DNA of 64,000 nucleotides from Candidatus Latescibacterota bacterium (lineage in GTDB: Bacteria > Latescibacterota > UBA2968 > GCA-2709665). Position numbers and translations under genes: made by a program. Where the stretch lies: positions 2,336,001-2,400,000 of the forward strand of contig OZ241917.1 in the NCBI GenBank assembly GCA_965203805.1, in the 5' to 3' direction. A model generated the notes under the pieces. That model did not search any database, was not told the DNA's origin, and saw only the letters and a list, made by a program, of their open reading frames with translations. How positions within the stretch are numbered: position 1 is the stretch's first letter; each line of letters begins with the position of its first letter. Below are positions 32,325-42,540 of this stretch, in pieces.

Positions 32325-33752
32325 GTGAACCTGATTGTCCTGTGCAGCGACACCTTTCGAGTGGACCATCTGAGCTGTTATCGAAACGACTCGCCTGTCC
32401 ATACGCCCAATATAGACCGCCTGGCGACGGAAGGCGTGCGGTTTGACGCGGCGTTCGGTGAAGGCATACCCACGCTGCCGGCGCGACGGGTACTCTATAC
32501 CGGGCGGCCGATTTTTCCGTTCCTGTGGGCGCCGCAGAAGTGGGACCGGGTGCAGCTTGCCGGCTGGCATCCGCTGTTCCACGAGGACGTGACGCTGGCG
32601 GAGTGGCTGGTGGAACGGGGGTACGTCACGGGGCTGATCAGCGATCTGCCGCACCAGTTCAAGCCCGGCAAGAACTTCCACCGCGGATTCGTCCAGTTCA
32701 ACTGGGAACGCGGCCAGGAAATGGACTACCTTGTGGCGGGACCCCGGGACACCGTGCCCGTTGAGCGGTTCGATCCCACCGGCCGTGGCTCGCCCGTGCT
32801 GACACAGTTTCTGATGAACAGCCGGGACTGGAAGGACGAGACGGACTGGTGCAGCGTGCGGGTGCTGCGGAAGGGCATGGATTTCCTGAGGGAGAACGTC
32901 CGCCAGCAGCCGTTCATGCTCTGGCTGGAATGTTTTTTCCCTCACGAACCGTGGTTCGCCCCGCCGGAACTGGTGGAACAGCATTACGAGGGAGACTGCC
33001 ACGACGGCGTGGAGTGGATTTTTCCTCCCGCCGACACCGCCGGGATGAGCGAAAACCAGGTGCACCGGGTGCGGGCGCACTATCGGGGCCTGTGCGCGCT
33101 GATCGACCGGTGGTTCGGCCGGCTGATGGATGCCGCGGAGGATCTCGGACTGCTTGAGGATTCGATCGTGGTCTTCCTGTCGGATCACGGCACGATGATG
33201 GGAGAACAGGGTCAGCTCCACAAGGGTCCCAGCCGGCTGCGCTGGCAATGCACCCAGGTGCCTATGATCATCCGGCACCCCGACGTGGACGCCTTTGGCG
33301 GAAGCGTCGTAGAATCCTTCGTACAACACCAGGACCTGATGCCCACCCTGTTGGGTCTGACGGGGATCGACGCCCCGGACCGATGCCTGGGCGAAGACCT
33401 CCGGCCGTACGTCACGGGAGAGACGGACGGCGGCCGGGAACACGTCGTCACCGCGTTCGGCAATTACGCCAGCGTGCGCAGCAGGAACTGGAACTATCAG
33501 ACGCCCTGGGTGAAAGAAAGCCCGGCGGCCGAAGGGAGCCGGAGCGCGTTGTCACCACCGGAACTCTACGACCTGAACGCCGATCCCGACGAATTGAAAA
33601 ACGTCGTGAACGAACATCCGGAGGTCGCGGCGGAATACCGCGACCTGCTCGCGGCGCATATTGAAGAGACCAGGCCGGTAACGGGAGGTTCGCTGGACGT
33701 CGGTGAGGCGGCCCTGTCTCACGTGCCACTATTCGATCAGTCACGTTTGTAG
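32325..33752 (+). CDS. Sulfatase-like (alkaline phosphatase superfamily) hydrolase
   Basis: SDTFR.DH, TPNIDRLA, TLPAR...TGR, PHEPW, SDHG, ELYDL..DP.E. Confidence 0.85.
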   Translation: MNLIVLCSDTFRVDHLSCYRNDSPVHTPNIDRLATEGVRFDAAFGEGIPTLPARRVLYTGRPIFPFLWAPQKWDRVQLAGWHPLFHEDVTLAEWLVERGYVTGLISDLPHQFKPGKNFHRGFVQFNWERGQEMDYLVAGPRDTVPVERFDPTGRGSPVLTQFLMNSRDWKDETDWCSVRVLRKGMDFLRENVRQQPFMLWLECFFPHEPWFAPPELVEQHYEGDCHDGVEWIFPPADTAGMSENQVHRVRAHYRGLCALIDRWFGRLMDAAEDLGLLEDSIVVFLSDHGTMMGEQGQLHKGPSRLRWQCTQVPMIIRHPDVDAFGGSVVESFVQHQDLMPTLLGLTGIDAPDRCLGEDLRPYVTGETDGGREHVVTAFGNYASVRSRNWNYQTPWVKESPAAEGSRSALSPPELYDLNADPDELKNVVNEHPEVAAEYRDLLAAHIEETRPVTGGSLDVGEAALSHVPLFDQSRL

Positions 33753-33831
33753 TCGAAATACCGGGTTGCGGGTAACCGTTGAGAAGATCCCGGATGCCCG
33801 CTGCCCGGTAAACATTCCAGGGAGGTTTGAA

Positions 33832-34926
33832 ATGGCCGATAAGCTTGGGGTTCTGGTTCACGGTGCGGGATGGGTATCCACGCAGCACATCATGGCCTTT
33901 ACCAACAATCCGCATACCGAAGTGGTGGCGGTATCCAGCCGGAAACTGTCAAGCGCGCAAACTCGCGCTGAAGAAGCCGGCCTGGAGGGCATCGGGCTGT
34001 ACGACAACTACGAGCGGGCCCTGGCGCACGATGGTGTGGACATCGTGTGCGTCTGTACCCCGCAGCGCTTTCACGCCGAAAATACGATCGCCGCGGCAGC
34101 GTCGGGGAAACACGTCGTGATCGAGAAGCCCATCGCCAACAGCCTGGACGAGATCGGAGCCATGCGAGCGGCCGTGAACGCGGCGGGCGTGCGGACGGTG
34201 GTGAGTTTCGTGCTCCGATGGAATCCGCTGTTCGAGACCATCAAATCCATGGTGGCCGACGATGCCCTGGGAGACGTCTTCTACGTGGAGGCCGACTACC
34301 AGCACGACATCGCGAGCTGGTGGACGGGCTGGGACGAGGCCAGGAAGACGAGCACGGGCGTGAGCGCGTTTCTGACCGGCGGTTGCCACGCCATCGACTC
34401 GCTGCGGTGGTTCGCCGCCCAGGGAGAGTTCGAAGCGGCCCAACCCGTGGAGGTTTTCGCCTATTCGGGCGGATATCGCAAGGGTCTCAAGAAAGAGTTC
34501 GACTACCTGGCCAATAAGTGGGTGGACGGCCTGCCGCTGGAGTACGACGACCTCGAAGTCGCCCTAGTGAAGTTCTCCAACGGCGCCGTCGGCAAGGTCT
34601 CCGTAAACTACGGGTGTATCATGCCGTATACGTTCCCGGTTGAAATCTTCGGGAACAAGGGAACCGTCAAGGACAACAAGGTCTGGTCGCACAAGTATCC
34701 GGGCCAGAACAACTGGGTGGAGATCCCGGCCATCCTGCCGGATAGCGCGGACGTGACCCATCACCCGTTCCAGGGGCAGATGGACCATTTCGTCGAGTGC
34801 ATTCAGACAGACACGGAATCGCACTGCAACCTGGACGACGCGATTGTAACACACGAAATCGCCTTTGCCGCCCTGCAGTGTTACGAAACCGGACAGCCGG
34901 TGAAGCTGCCGCTGATGCAGGACTGA
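33832..34926 (+). CDS. Gfo/Idh/MocA oxidoreductase
   Basis: GAGWV, GKHVVIEKP, GCHAID. Confidence 0.88.
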   Translation: MADKLGVLVHGAGWVSTQHIMAFTNNPHTEVVAVSSRKLSSAQTRAEEAGLEGIGLYDNYERALAHDGVDIVCVCTPQRFHAENTIAAAASGKHVVIEKPIANSLDEIGAMRAAVNAAGVRTVVSFVLRWNPLFETIKSMVADDALGDVFYVEADYQHDIASWWTGWDEARKTSTGVSAFLTGGCHAIDSLRWFAAQGEFEAAQPVEVFAYSGGYRKGLKKEFDYLANKWVDGLPLEYDDLEVALVKFSNGAVGKVSVNYGCIMPYTFPVEIFGNKGTVKDNKVWSHKYPGQNNWVEIPAILPDSADVTHHPFQGQMDHFVECIQTDTESHCNLDDAIVTHEIAFAALQCYETGQPVKLPLMQD

Positions 34927-34956
34927 TTCCGATCCGGGCGAAAGGACTCAGAGAAG

Positions 34957-36372
34957 ATGGGCAAACGGAATCTGCTGTTTTTCGGGGTGGACAGCCTGTG
35001 GGCCGATCACATGAGCTGTTACGGGTACGACCGGTTGACAACCCCCTATGCGGACCGGCTGGCCGCCCAGGGGGTGTTGTTTGAGAAGAACTACAGCCCG
35101 CACATCCCGACGACCTCGGCCTATTCGTCGATGTTGACAGGCATGGATTGTTTTTCCACGCAGGTGGTGGCGTTGCGTCACGAGGGGGGTTTGAGGCCCG
35201 AGGTGGCAAGTCTGCCTGAGATCCTGCGCGACGTGGGTTACGATACGACCTGCGTCGGTTTCACGGGCAATCCGGGTTCCCGGGGGTTCGACAGGTACCT
35301 GGACTACGAGGCGTGGGGGTCCTGGGAGCAGCGGCCCCTGCGCAAGGCCGAATGGCTGAACGACGTGACAATACCGGAACTGGAGCGGCTCGCCTCGGCA
35401 GACCGGCCCTTCTTCCTGTTTCTGCGGCATATGGATCCTCACGCGCCCTACCTGCCGCCCCCGCCTTACGATACGATGTTTTACAGCGGCGATCCGTGCG
35501 ATCCCGCGAAGACGTCGATGGAGCCGGTGCGGAATTTCAAGCCGTTTCGCGACTTTCACCTCAGCTGGATGCCGCCCGGCATCACCGACGCGGACTACGT
35601 GATCGCACAGTACGACGGCGAAGTCGCGTATATGGATGCATGCATCCAGCGGATCCTCACCCGCCTGGAGGAACTGGAGCTGGCTGAAGATACGCTCGTT
35701 GTATTCAACGGAGACCACGGAGAGACGCTGGCCGATCACGATTGTTACTTCGATCATCACGGGATGTACGACTGCACGCTGCACGTGCCGCTGATTCTGC
35801 GCCTGCCGGACGTGCTGTCCGAGGGACGTCGCGTACCGGGTTATTCGAGCCACGCCGATCTCGTGCCGACCCTGTTGGAACTCCTGGAAATCCGGACGAA
35901 TATCGACTTCGACGGAGAAAGCCTTTTGCCTCTGATACAGGGAACGCGCGCATCGAACCGGTCTGAATTCTATATTACAGAGGCAACCTGGATGCGCAAG
36001 CACGGTTGGCGCACGCCCGAGTGGAAGCTGATTGTGGCGATGGAGCCCGATTTCCACTTCAAACCGGAGGTGGAGCTGTACAACCTGGTGGAAGACCCGG
36101 CCGAGAACACGAACCTTGCCGACAGGGAACCGGAGGTCGTGCGGATGCTGCGAAACCGCATGGAATCCTGGATTGCGAAACGAGAGGCGGAAACGGGCCT
36201 GACGAATCCCATGTACACCAATCTGCAGTGGCACGGCACCCGGCACGAAGGACCCTTTCCCAGTTCGAAAGCGGCGTACGACAGCCTGTACATCGGGTCG
36301 CCGAAGACGGCGAGAAAACTACAGGCCCGGGATGCCGAGGAAAACGAAGAAACAGCAGGCGGCGAGTCGTGA
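34957..36372 (+). CDS. Sulfatase-like hydrolase
   Basis: DSLWADH, DPHAPY, YDGEVAYMD, DHGE, ELYNL..DP.E. Confidence 0.85.
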   Translation: MGKRNLLFFGVDSLWADHMSCYGYDRLTTPYADRLAAQGVLFEKNYSPHIPTTSAYSSMLTGMDCFSTQVVALRHEGGLRPEVASLPEILRDVGYDTTCVGFTGNPGSRGFDRYLDYEAWGSWEQRPLRKAEWLNDVTIPELERLASADRPFFLFLRHMDPHAPYLPPPPYDTMFYSGDPCDPAKTSMEPVRNFKPFRDFHLSWMPPGITDADYVIAQYDGEVAYMDACIQRILTRLEELELAEDTLVVFNGDHGETLADHDCYFDHHGMYDCTLHVPLILRLPDVLSEGRRVPGYSSHADLVPTLLELLEIRTNIDFDGESLLPLIQGTRASNRSEFYITEATWMRKHGWRTPEWKLIVAMEPDFHFKPEVELYNLVEDPAENTNLADREPEVVRMLRNRMESWIAKREAETGLTNPMYTNLQWHGTRHEGPFPSSKAAYDSLYIGSPKTARKLQARDAEENEETAGGES

Positions 36373-36421
36373 CCGGTTCCGGACCTTCCCGCCGCCATAC
36401 CAATAGCGAAGGAGACGACCC

Positions 36422-37519
36422 ATGAGCGACGGATTTCCGCTACTCGAGGTATCGGGATCGCCCACGAATCGCGGGCAAGCGCACGGAGAGGTGTTCCGGG
36501 AGGAGATTCGTGCGATGCTTCCTGTCTATTTTGACTACCTGGAGCGTATGAGCCGCAAATATCGCGTGCCCGTGTTGAGCAAGACACGGGTACTCGAAAT
36601 CACCGCGACCTACGCACAGCCCGCGGAAGCATATGCGCCGGACCTCGTGCAAGAGGCGAGAGGAATCGCCAGGGGCGCTGGCGTGCCGTTCGAGGAGATC
36701 CTGGCGCTGAACAGCTTCCTGGACATTATCGACCATCTCTCTCCTGCGTTCATCGAAGCGGGTTGTACGACGTTAATGGTACCGGAGATGGAAGGCGGAG
36801 GCGTGGCCGCGATCGGCCAGAATTACGACCTGGCCGAGATTTTCTATGGGTCCGCCGCACTATTGAAGATCACGGGCGACGGCCCGGACGCGCTGATGTA
36901 CACAACGGCCGGGATGCTTGGGTGCGCGGGGTTGAACAGCGAAGGCATCGGCGTTGTCATCAACAACCTCGTCCCCGGCGACGCCGGGCCCGGCGTTCCT
37001 TACCCCTTCGTGATCCGGCGGATCCTTGCCACGGCAGTCATTGGAGACGCCATCGACGCGGTCGTCTCGTCGCGCCGCGCCTCGGGAATGAACTACGTTC
37101 TGTGCGACCGGCACGGGGAGATTTACAACCTGGAAACCACCGCCTCGGATTACGAGGCAACCAGCCCGTTCGACGGACCGATGGCGCACTCGAACCACTA
37201 CCTCGCAGACCGCCTGAAACCGCTCGAGCGGCGGGCTTACGATCAACAGGGCCAGAGCATTGCAAGATGGGGCCGGGCCACGAGGCTTCTACGGAGATCC
37301 GCCAACCCTGGCGCCCACACGATCATGTCGGCGCTGGAAGACCACGTAAACAGCCCGGTTTCGATCTGCCGGCACAGCGTTGACGGATGCGGGCAGACGA
37401 TTTGCGGCATCGTGCTCGAGCCGTCAAACGGGCTGGCGTGGTTCGCCCGGGGCCCCTGCTGCGAGCATCCATGGGTTGAGCACCGGCTGTTCGAGGTCGC
37501 GGGCAGACAGGTCGCTTGA
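36422..37519 (+). CDS. C45 family Ntn peptidase/acyltransferase
   Basis: RGQAHGE, G-CT autocleavage site, GQNYD, GLNSEG, HSNH. Confidence 0.82.
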   Translation: MSDGFPLLEVSGSPTNRGQAHGEVFREEIRAMLPVYFDYLERMSRKYRVPVLSKTRVLEITATYAQPAEAYAPDLVQEARGIARGAGVPFEEILALNSFLDIIDHLSPAFIEAGCTTLMVPEMEGGGVAAIGQNYDLAEIFYGSAALLKITGDGPDALMYTTAGMLGCAGLNSEGIGVVINNLVPGDAGPGVPYPFVIRRILATAVIGDAIDAVVSSRRASGMNYVLCDRHGEIYNLETTASDYEATSPFDGPMAHSNHYLADRLKPLERRAYDQQGQSIARWGRATRLLRRSANPGAHTIMSALEDHVNSPVSICRHSVDGCGQTICGIVLEPSNGLAWFARGPCCEHPWVEHRLFEVAGRQVA

Positions 37520-37598
37520 TTAGACCTGGACGTCTACCGCAATGAGGGCCCTGGGGACATCAAACGGGCATGACGCACACTATTGGCAGGATTTCGGC

Positions 37599-38300
37599 AT
37601 GGAAGTGAATATCGAACGCTGGTTCCGGGCGCCGTACGGGATGCCGAACGGCGTGCAGGCAACCGTCGACGGCATCTGGGTGGTCGACCAGGTGACGGAC
37701 CGCTCAGCGTTGTTGGAAGTCTCGAGCGCGGACGAATACGGCATGTTGCGGCTGCAGTCCGAAGTGCCCACCGAGTCGTCGAATACCAGCGGAATGGCCT
37801 GGGGCGATGGATCGCTCTGGCTGGCGGCCAACGGTTCCGCGGAGAAGTGGCGGGCGCCACGAAACACAGACGCGGATTCGGGCGAGATTCTGCGGGTGGA
37901 TCCGAAGACGGGCGAGACACAGGGACGATGGCCGTTGCCGGGCGGCGGGGGCACGCACGGGCTGGAATACGATGCGTTCGAGCCGGGTACTTTGTGGCTG
38001 ACCACCTTGAAGAGCCAGACGCTGACACAGGTGCGGATTTCGGATTGGTCCATCCAGCGTGTGTTTTCCCTTCCTCACGGACGGGCGCACGGCGTCGTCC
38101 GTGAGGAAGACCACGTATGGGTTGTACACACGTCCGAGCGGGCGATCGTGAAACTGGACGCGCAATCCGGGACTGTTCTGGGAGAGATCAGGGTCCCGGC
38201 GTCGCAACCCGAGCCGCACGGGCTTTCCAGGTACGAAGATGGTTTTCTCTACTGCGACGCGACCTCGGGATGGGTGGCGAGAATCCATTTGGATTCGTGA
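37599..38300 (+). CDS. Hypothetical beta-propeller protein
   Basis: Repeated (H/S)G(L/M).W/Y units followed by LW strands. Confidence 0.6.
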   Translation: MEVNIERWFRAPYGMPNGVQATVDGIWVVDQVTDRSALLEVSSADEYGMLRLQSEVPTESSNTSGMAWGDGSLWLAANGSAEKWRAPRNTDADSGEILRVDPKTGETQGRWPLPGGGGTHGLEYDAFEPGTLWLTTLKSQTLTQVRISDWSIQRVFSLPHGRAHGVVREEDHVWVVHTSERAIVKLDAQSGTVLGEIRVPASQPEPHGLSRYEDGFLYCDATSGWVARIHLDS

Positions 38301-38340
38301 GGCGGGTTTCCGACGCGCAAGCGAGAGGCGGTAAAAACCG

Positions 38341-41157
38341 GTGAAGTACAAAGTACTCTCCACAACCGGATCGACGCGGGGAACCGCGTACACAATGAGC
38401 AACAAGATCCTGACTCATGCCGGCAAGACCCACGTGGCGTGGCTGGACCAGATCTGCAAGATATACGTGCGCACCTACCATCACAGGACCAGGCGCTGGG
38501 CCAAACCGGTCTACGTTGGAACCGGGGACGACAACCACGCCGGTGCGGCGTTTGCGATGGATTCGAAGGGATACCTGCATCTGGCGTTCGGACCCCATCA
38601 CAATCCGATCCGACACGTCGTGAGCAAACGGCCCAATACGTCGACGTCGTGGGTGGAACAGCCTTCGTTCGGGCGCACGACGGCGACCTATCCGAGCCTC
38701 GTCTGCGACGCCGGCGATACGTTGCACGCCTGTTACCGCGGGTCTTACGCGGCGGAGCGGCCATGGTCGCTGGTGTATCAGAAAAAGCCAAAGAGCGGCG
38801 AATGGACGGACCCGGTCAAGCTCGTGGACCCCGAAGGACCGCCGGCGTATACGCAATTCGAGAACGCGTTACATATCGACAGGGGCGGGACGCTCTATCT
38901 GGCCTACCATATCGTGAGGGCGACCGGAACGGACTACAACGATATATGCGGCCGGGGGTTCGGCGTGATGCGATCCCGGGACGGAGGCGAGAACTGGGAG
39001 ACCGTGGACGGACGCGCGCTGGATCTCCCCACAAATCCGGCTTCGCCGTGCGTCATCGAATTCGATGAAGGTCTCGACGTTCGCATGGGCAACGTCGTGA
39101 CCGGCGGCAGGGGATCGCTTTGCTTTACGTTGAATCGCCGGGAAGGCGGCGCGGCGGAGACATTCGTCTACGCCAGGAGAAAGGACGACTGGCGCGTGGT
39201 ATCCTTGATGCCGGAGGCGGAGCGGCTCTTCGGCCCATGCGAAATGTCGGACGTGTGCGCGCTCAGCATTGCGGACGACGGCGTCATCTATGCCGCGGTC
39301 CCGGTCTGCCGTCGGGGCGGCGGCTGGGCGGATTCCACCAACGAAATCGCGTTGTTTACCTCCCGCGACGGTGGAGAGACATTCTCGGGCTACAAGATAT
39401 CGTCGGACGAGCCGGACGCCTCGAACTGGCTGCCCTCACTCGAACGGCAGACCGGACACAACCGGGTGGACGTACCAGACCTGGTCTATACGCACGGCCA
39501 TATCGGCGAGGGGTGCAGCCCGGATATCGATACGGAGGTTCGGCACGTATCGCTGGCCGGCGTCGCGGATGCGGAAGCGAGCGCCGTAGACGCGCGGATC
39601 ACAGGCGCCGAACAACTGAGCGGAATCCGTTTTACCCAGGAGCAGCGCGGAAAAATGCGACGGGACGTCGAGCAATATCGACTCCGGTACCGCGAACTCC
39701 GCGAGGTCGACGTGGGTTACGACGTGAGTCCGGCGTCGATATTCCTTCCGGGCGTGAAGCCGCCGCCAACCGGTGAGCAGAGACCGTTTCGGTTCAATGC
39801 CTCCAGCGTCGACCGACCCGCATCGTCCGGCGACCTGGCCTTTCTGCCCGTGAGCGCGCTGGCGCGCCTGGTGGAAAACCGGGAAGTGTCTCCCATTGAA
39901 CTTACCCGGCTTTACCTCGAGCGGCTGGATACTCTCGGCGAAAAACTGCATTGCGTGGTTTCGCTTACCGAAGATTTGGCGATGAAGCAGGCCAGGGCCG
40001 CCGAGGCGGAGATCCTGGCCGGAAAATACCGCGGTCCGCTTCATGGGATTCCGTGGGGCGCCAAGGACCTGCTGTCCGCAAAGGGGATCCGGACCACGTG
40101 GGGCGCCACGCCATTCAAGAAGCAAACGGGCCAGACCGACGCGGCCGTTGTGGAACGGCTTCGGGACGCGGGCGCGGTCCTCGCGGCCAAGCTTTCGACC
40201 GGAGCGCTCGCCAACGGGCCACGGTGGTTCGGCGGGTTGACCCGCAACCCATGGGATACAAAAAAAGACTCCAGCGGGTCTTCGGCCGGACCGGGCGCCG
40301 CGACCGCCGCGGGCCTCGTTGGCTTCAGCATCGGCTCGGAGACTCTGGGGTCCATCGTTTCGCCGAGCCACACCTGCGGTGTTACGGGGCTGCGGCCAAC
40401 CTACGGCCGCGTAAGCCGTTACGGCGCGATGGCGCTTGCCTGGACCATGGACAAACTGGGTCCGATGTGCCGTGGCGTTGAAGATTGCGCGGCGGTGTTC
40501 AGCGCCATCCACGGGCCGGACGGGAGAGACCGATCCGTGGTAGACGCGCCGTTCAACTGGCCCGCAGCCCCGGACGTAAACGCATTGAGGATTGGCTTCA
40601 TCCAGCGGGAGTTCGACGACATCGAGGGATCCGAAGCGCGTGCGGTCTACGCAGCCGCGTTCCGGAAGTTTGAGGAACTCGGTCTGGGCGTACACCCGGT
40701 AACGCTCCCGGCGTGCCCCCACGGCGCGGTCTCAATGACACTCTGCGTGGAAGCGGCGGCCGCGTTTGACAGTGCGACGCGTGCGGGCGAACTGGATGCC
40801 ATGATTGATGCCGACCGCAGTTCCTGGCCGACGGTGTTGCGCAGCTATCGGATGGTGCCCGCCGTGGAATACCTGCGCGCACAGCAGGTCCGGACGCTGA
40901 TGATTCGCGACCTCGAGGACCTGATGGCGGATTGGGACGTGCTGCTGGCGCCCGGAGACGCCGGCGCGAGTCTGACCGTCACAAATCTCACCGGGCATCC
41001 CGCGCTGACGTTGAAATGCGGTTTCACAGACGGCATGCCTCGAGGACTGACGCTCATCGGAAACCTCTACGACGAGGCGACCCTTCTGAGTGTGGGCCTT
41101 GCCTACGAGCAGGCGACGGATTGGCATAATCGGCATCCTGATATCCGGTCCGCTTAA
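38341..41157 (+). CDS. BNR/Asp-box domain fused to an amidase-signature amidase
   Basis: N-terminal SRDGGENW and SRDGGETF Asp-boxes; C-terminal GPLHGIPWGAKD, SSGSSAG, GSETLGSI. Confidence 0.85.
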   Translation: MKYKVLSTTGSTRGTAYTMSNKILTHAGKTHVAWLDQICKIYVRTYHHRTRRWAKPVYVGTGDDNHAGAAFAMDSKGYLHLAFGPHHNPIRHVVSKRPNTSTSWVEQPSFGRTTATYPSLVCDAGDTLHACYRGSYAAERPWSLVYQKKPKSGEWTDPVKLVDPEGPPAYTQFENALHIDRGGTLYLAYHIVRATGTDYNDICGRGFGVMRSRDGGENWETVDGRALDLPTNPASPCVIEFDEGLDVRMGNVVTGGRGSLCFTLNRREGGAAETFVYARRKDDWRVVSLMPEAERLFGPCEMSDVCALSIADDGVIYAAVPVCRRGGGWADSTNEIALFTSRDGGETFSGYKISSDEPDASNWLPSLERQTGHNRVDVPDLVYTHGHIGEGCSPDIDTEVRHVSLAGVADAEASAVDARITGAEQLSGIRFTQEQRGKMRRDVEQYRLRYRELREVDVGYDVSPASIFLPGVKPPPTGEQRPFRFNASSVDRPASSGDLAFLPVSALARLVENREVSPIELTRLYLERLDTLGEKLHCVVSLTEDLAMKQARAAEAEILAGKYRGPLHGIPWGAKDLLSAKGIRTTWGATPFKKQTGQTDAAVVERLRDAGAVLAAKLSTGALANGPRWFGGLTRNPWDTKKDSSGSSAGPGAATAAGLVGFSIGSETLGSIVSPSHTCGVTGLRPTYGRVSRYGAMALAWTMDKLGPMCRGVEDCAAVFSAIHGPDGRDRSVVDAPFNWPAAPDVNALRIGFIQREFDDIEGSEARAVYAAAFRKFEELGLGVHPVTLPACPHGAVSMTLCVEAAAAFDSATRAGELDAMIDADRSSWPTVLRSYRMVPAVEYLRAQQVRTLMIRDLEDLMADWDVLLAPGDAGASLTVTNLTGHPALTLKCGFTDGMPRGLTLIGNLYDEATLLSVGLAYEQATDWHNRHPDIRSA

Positions 41158-41404
41158 TTCAGAAACAAGAAAACACAAGAACAAACATGGATGGACAGGA
41201 TGGACAGGATAAAAGCCAAAAAGCGAGAGAAAACGAGGAAAATCGAAAAGCACGAGAATGGCACCAGAGAACGAGTAGAGGCAATATATGAGTAAACGAG
41301 TAATGGCAGTGAATCATTAAGGTTCAGGAACGGGAATAAACGTGGATGGACCTGCGGTTCGACGTGTATTGAACTGAAATCACCAACCCTTGGAGGCGTG
41401 TAAA

Positions 41405-42481
41405 ATGGCAGAGGAATTCAGAGGCATGCCCTGCCGGCGTGTGGGGAACTCCGGCCTGTTCGTGTCCGTTATCGGGCTGGGAATGTGGAAGTGGGGCGAT
41501 CCGGTTTACGACGGGTCCCGCATCGGGGATCACAAGGGGTTCGAGGTCCTGGACCGGGCCCTGGAACTGGGTGTCTTTCACTGGGACACGGCGTGTTCCT
41601 ACAACCTTGCGTCGGGCAACTCGGAGCGTCTGCTGGGGCGGTATTTCGCCGCTCGTCCGGGTACGGTCAGGGAACAGGTCGTCATGGCAACCAAGATCCA
41701 CAATCCGGTGCGCGCGGAGCACGCCATGGAGGCAGACTTCACGCCGAACCAGCTCGGCGCTTCCAGGACGTATATTCACTTTGGCGTGGACAAGTGCCTG
41801 GAGCGGTTGCAAACGGATTACATCGACCTGCTCTATCTGCACCAGAACGGCGCCGGCGAAGACGGAAACTACCGGGTTCCGATCGATGAGACCTGGGGCG
41901 CGTTCGACGATCTCGTTTCGCAGGGAAAGGTAAGGTACCTGGCGGTATCCAATCACTCCGCGAGGCAGATGGCGAATGTCATCGCTGCGTTGGAAAAGGT
42001 AGGTAAAGACGTCTCACGCAGGATCGTGGCCGTGCAGAACCGGTACAATCTGGTGCAGCAGGACGCGGTGGCGGCGGAAGACGGCGGCAGAGGGCGGGAT
42101 TTCCTGAAAGCGGCGGCCAGGGCCGACGTAGGTGTGATTCCCTACTATCCGCTCGCAAGCGGCCTGCTCACGGGCAGGTACCGCAAGGGAAGGCTGGAGG
42201 CGGCGGCGGGACGGATCATCGACGACGGCGACGAGGCGGAATTTCTGACCGAACCCTATTTGGACGCCGTTGAAGGGCTGCTGGAGGTGGCCGAATCGAA
42301 GGGAATCTCCCTCGCCCAACTCGCGATTGCCTGGCTGCTGGCCAACGGGCAGGTGCCGTCTGTCATTGCAGGCGTCACGGAAATGCGACACCTGGAGGAC
42401 AACGTGAACGCGGCCGGCGTTGAACTGACGGACGCCGACATGGCGCGCATCGATGAGGTCACAGGCGCGGCGCTCGCGTGA
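41405..42481 (+). CDS. Aldo/keto reductase
   Basis: WDTACSY, SERLLG, LQTDYIDL, GKVRYL.VSN, PLASGLLTG. Confidence 0.9.
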   Translation: MAEEFRGMPCRRVGNSGLFVSVIGLGMWKWGDPVYDGSRIGDHKGFEVLDRALELGVFHWDTACSYNLASGNSERLLGRYFAARPGTVREQVVMATKIHNPVRAEHAMEADFTPNQLGASRTYIHFGVDKCLERLQTDYIDLLYLHQNGAGEDGNYRVPIDETWGAFDDLVSQGKVRYLAVSNHSARQMANVIAALEKVGKDVSRRIVAVQNRYNLVQQDAVAAEDGGRGRDFLKAAARADVGVIPYYPLASGLLTGRYRKGRLEAAAGRIIDDGDEAEFLTEPYLDAVEGLLEVAESKGISLAQLAIAWLLANGQVPSVIAGVTEMRHLEDNVNAAGVELTDADMARIDEVTGAALA

Positions 42482-42540
42482 CCGGCGTCGGTCCGGCAAG
42501 ACGGCGCTATTCATCCGCGTGAGGGCGAACCGTGATGATC

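Noticed and set aside
41185-41211. ATGGACAGG tandem 9-mer in an A-rich intergenic region
   Set aside because: Short simple repeat with no associated gene or structure visible.
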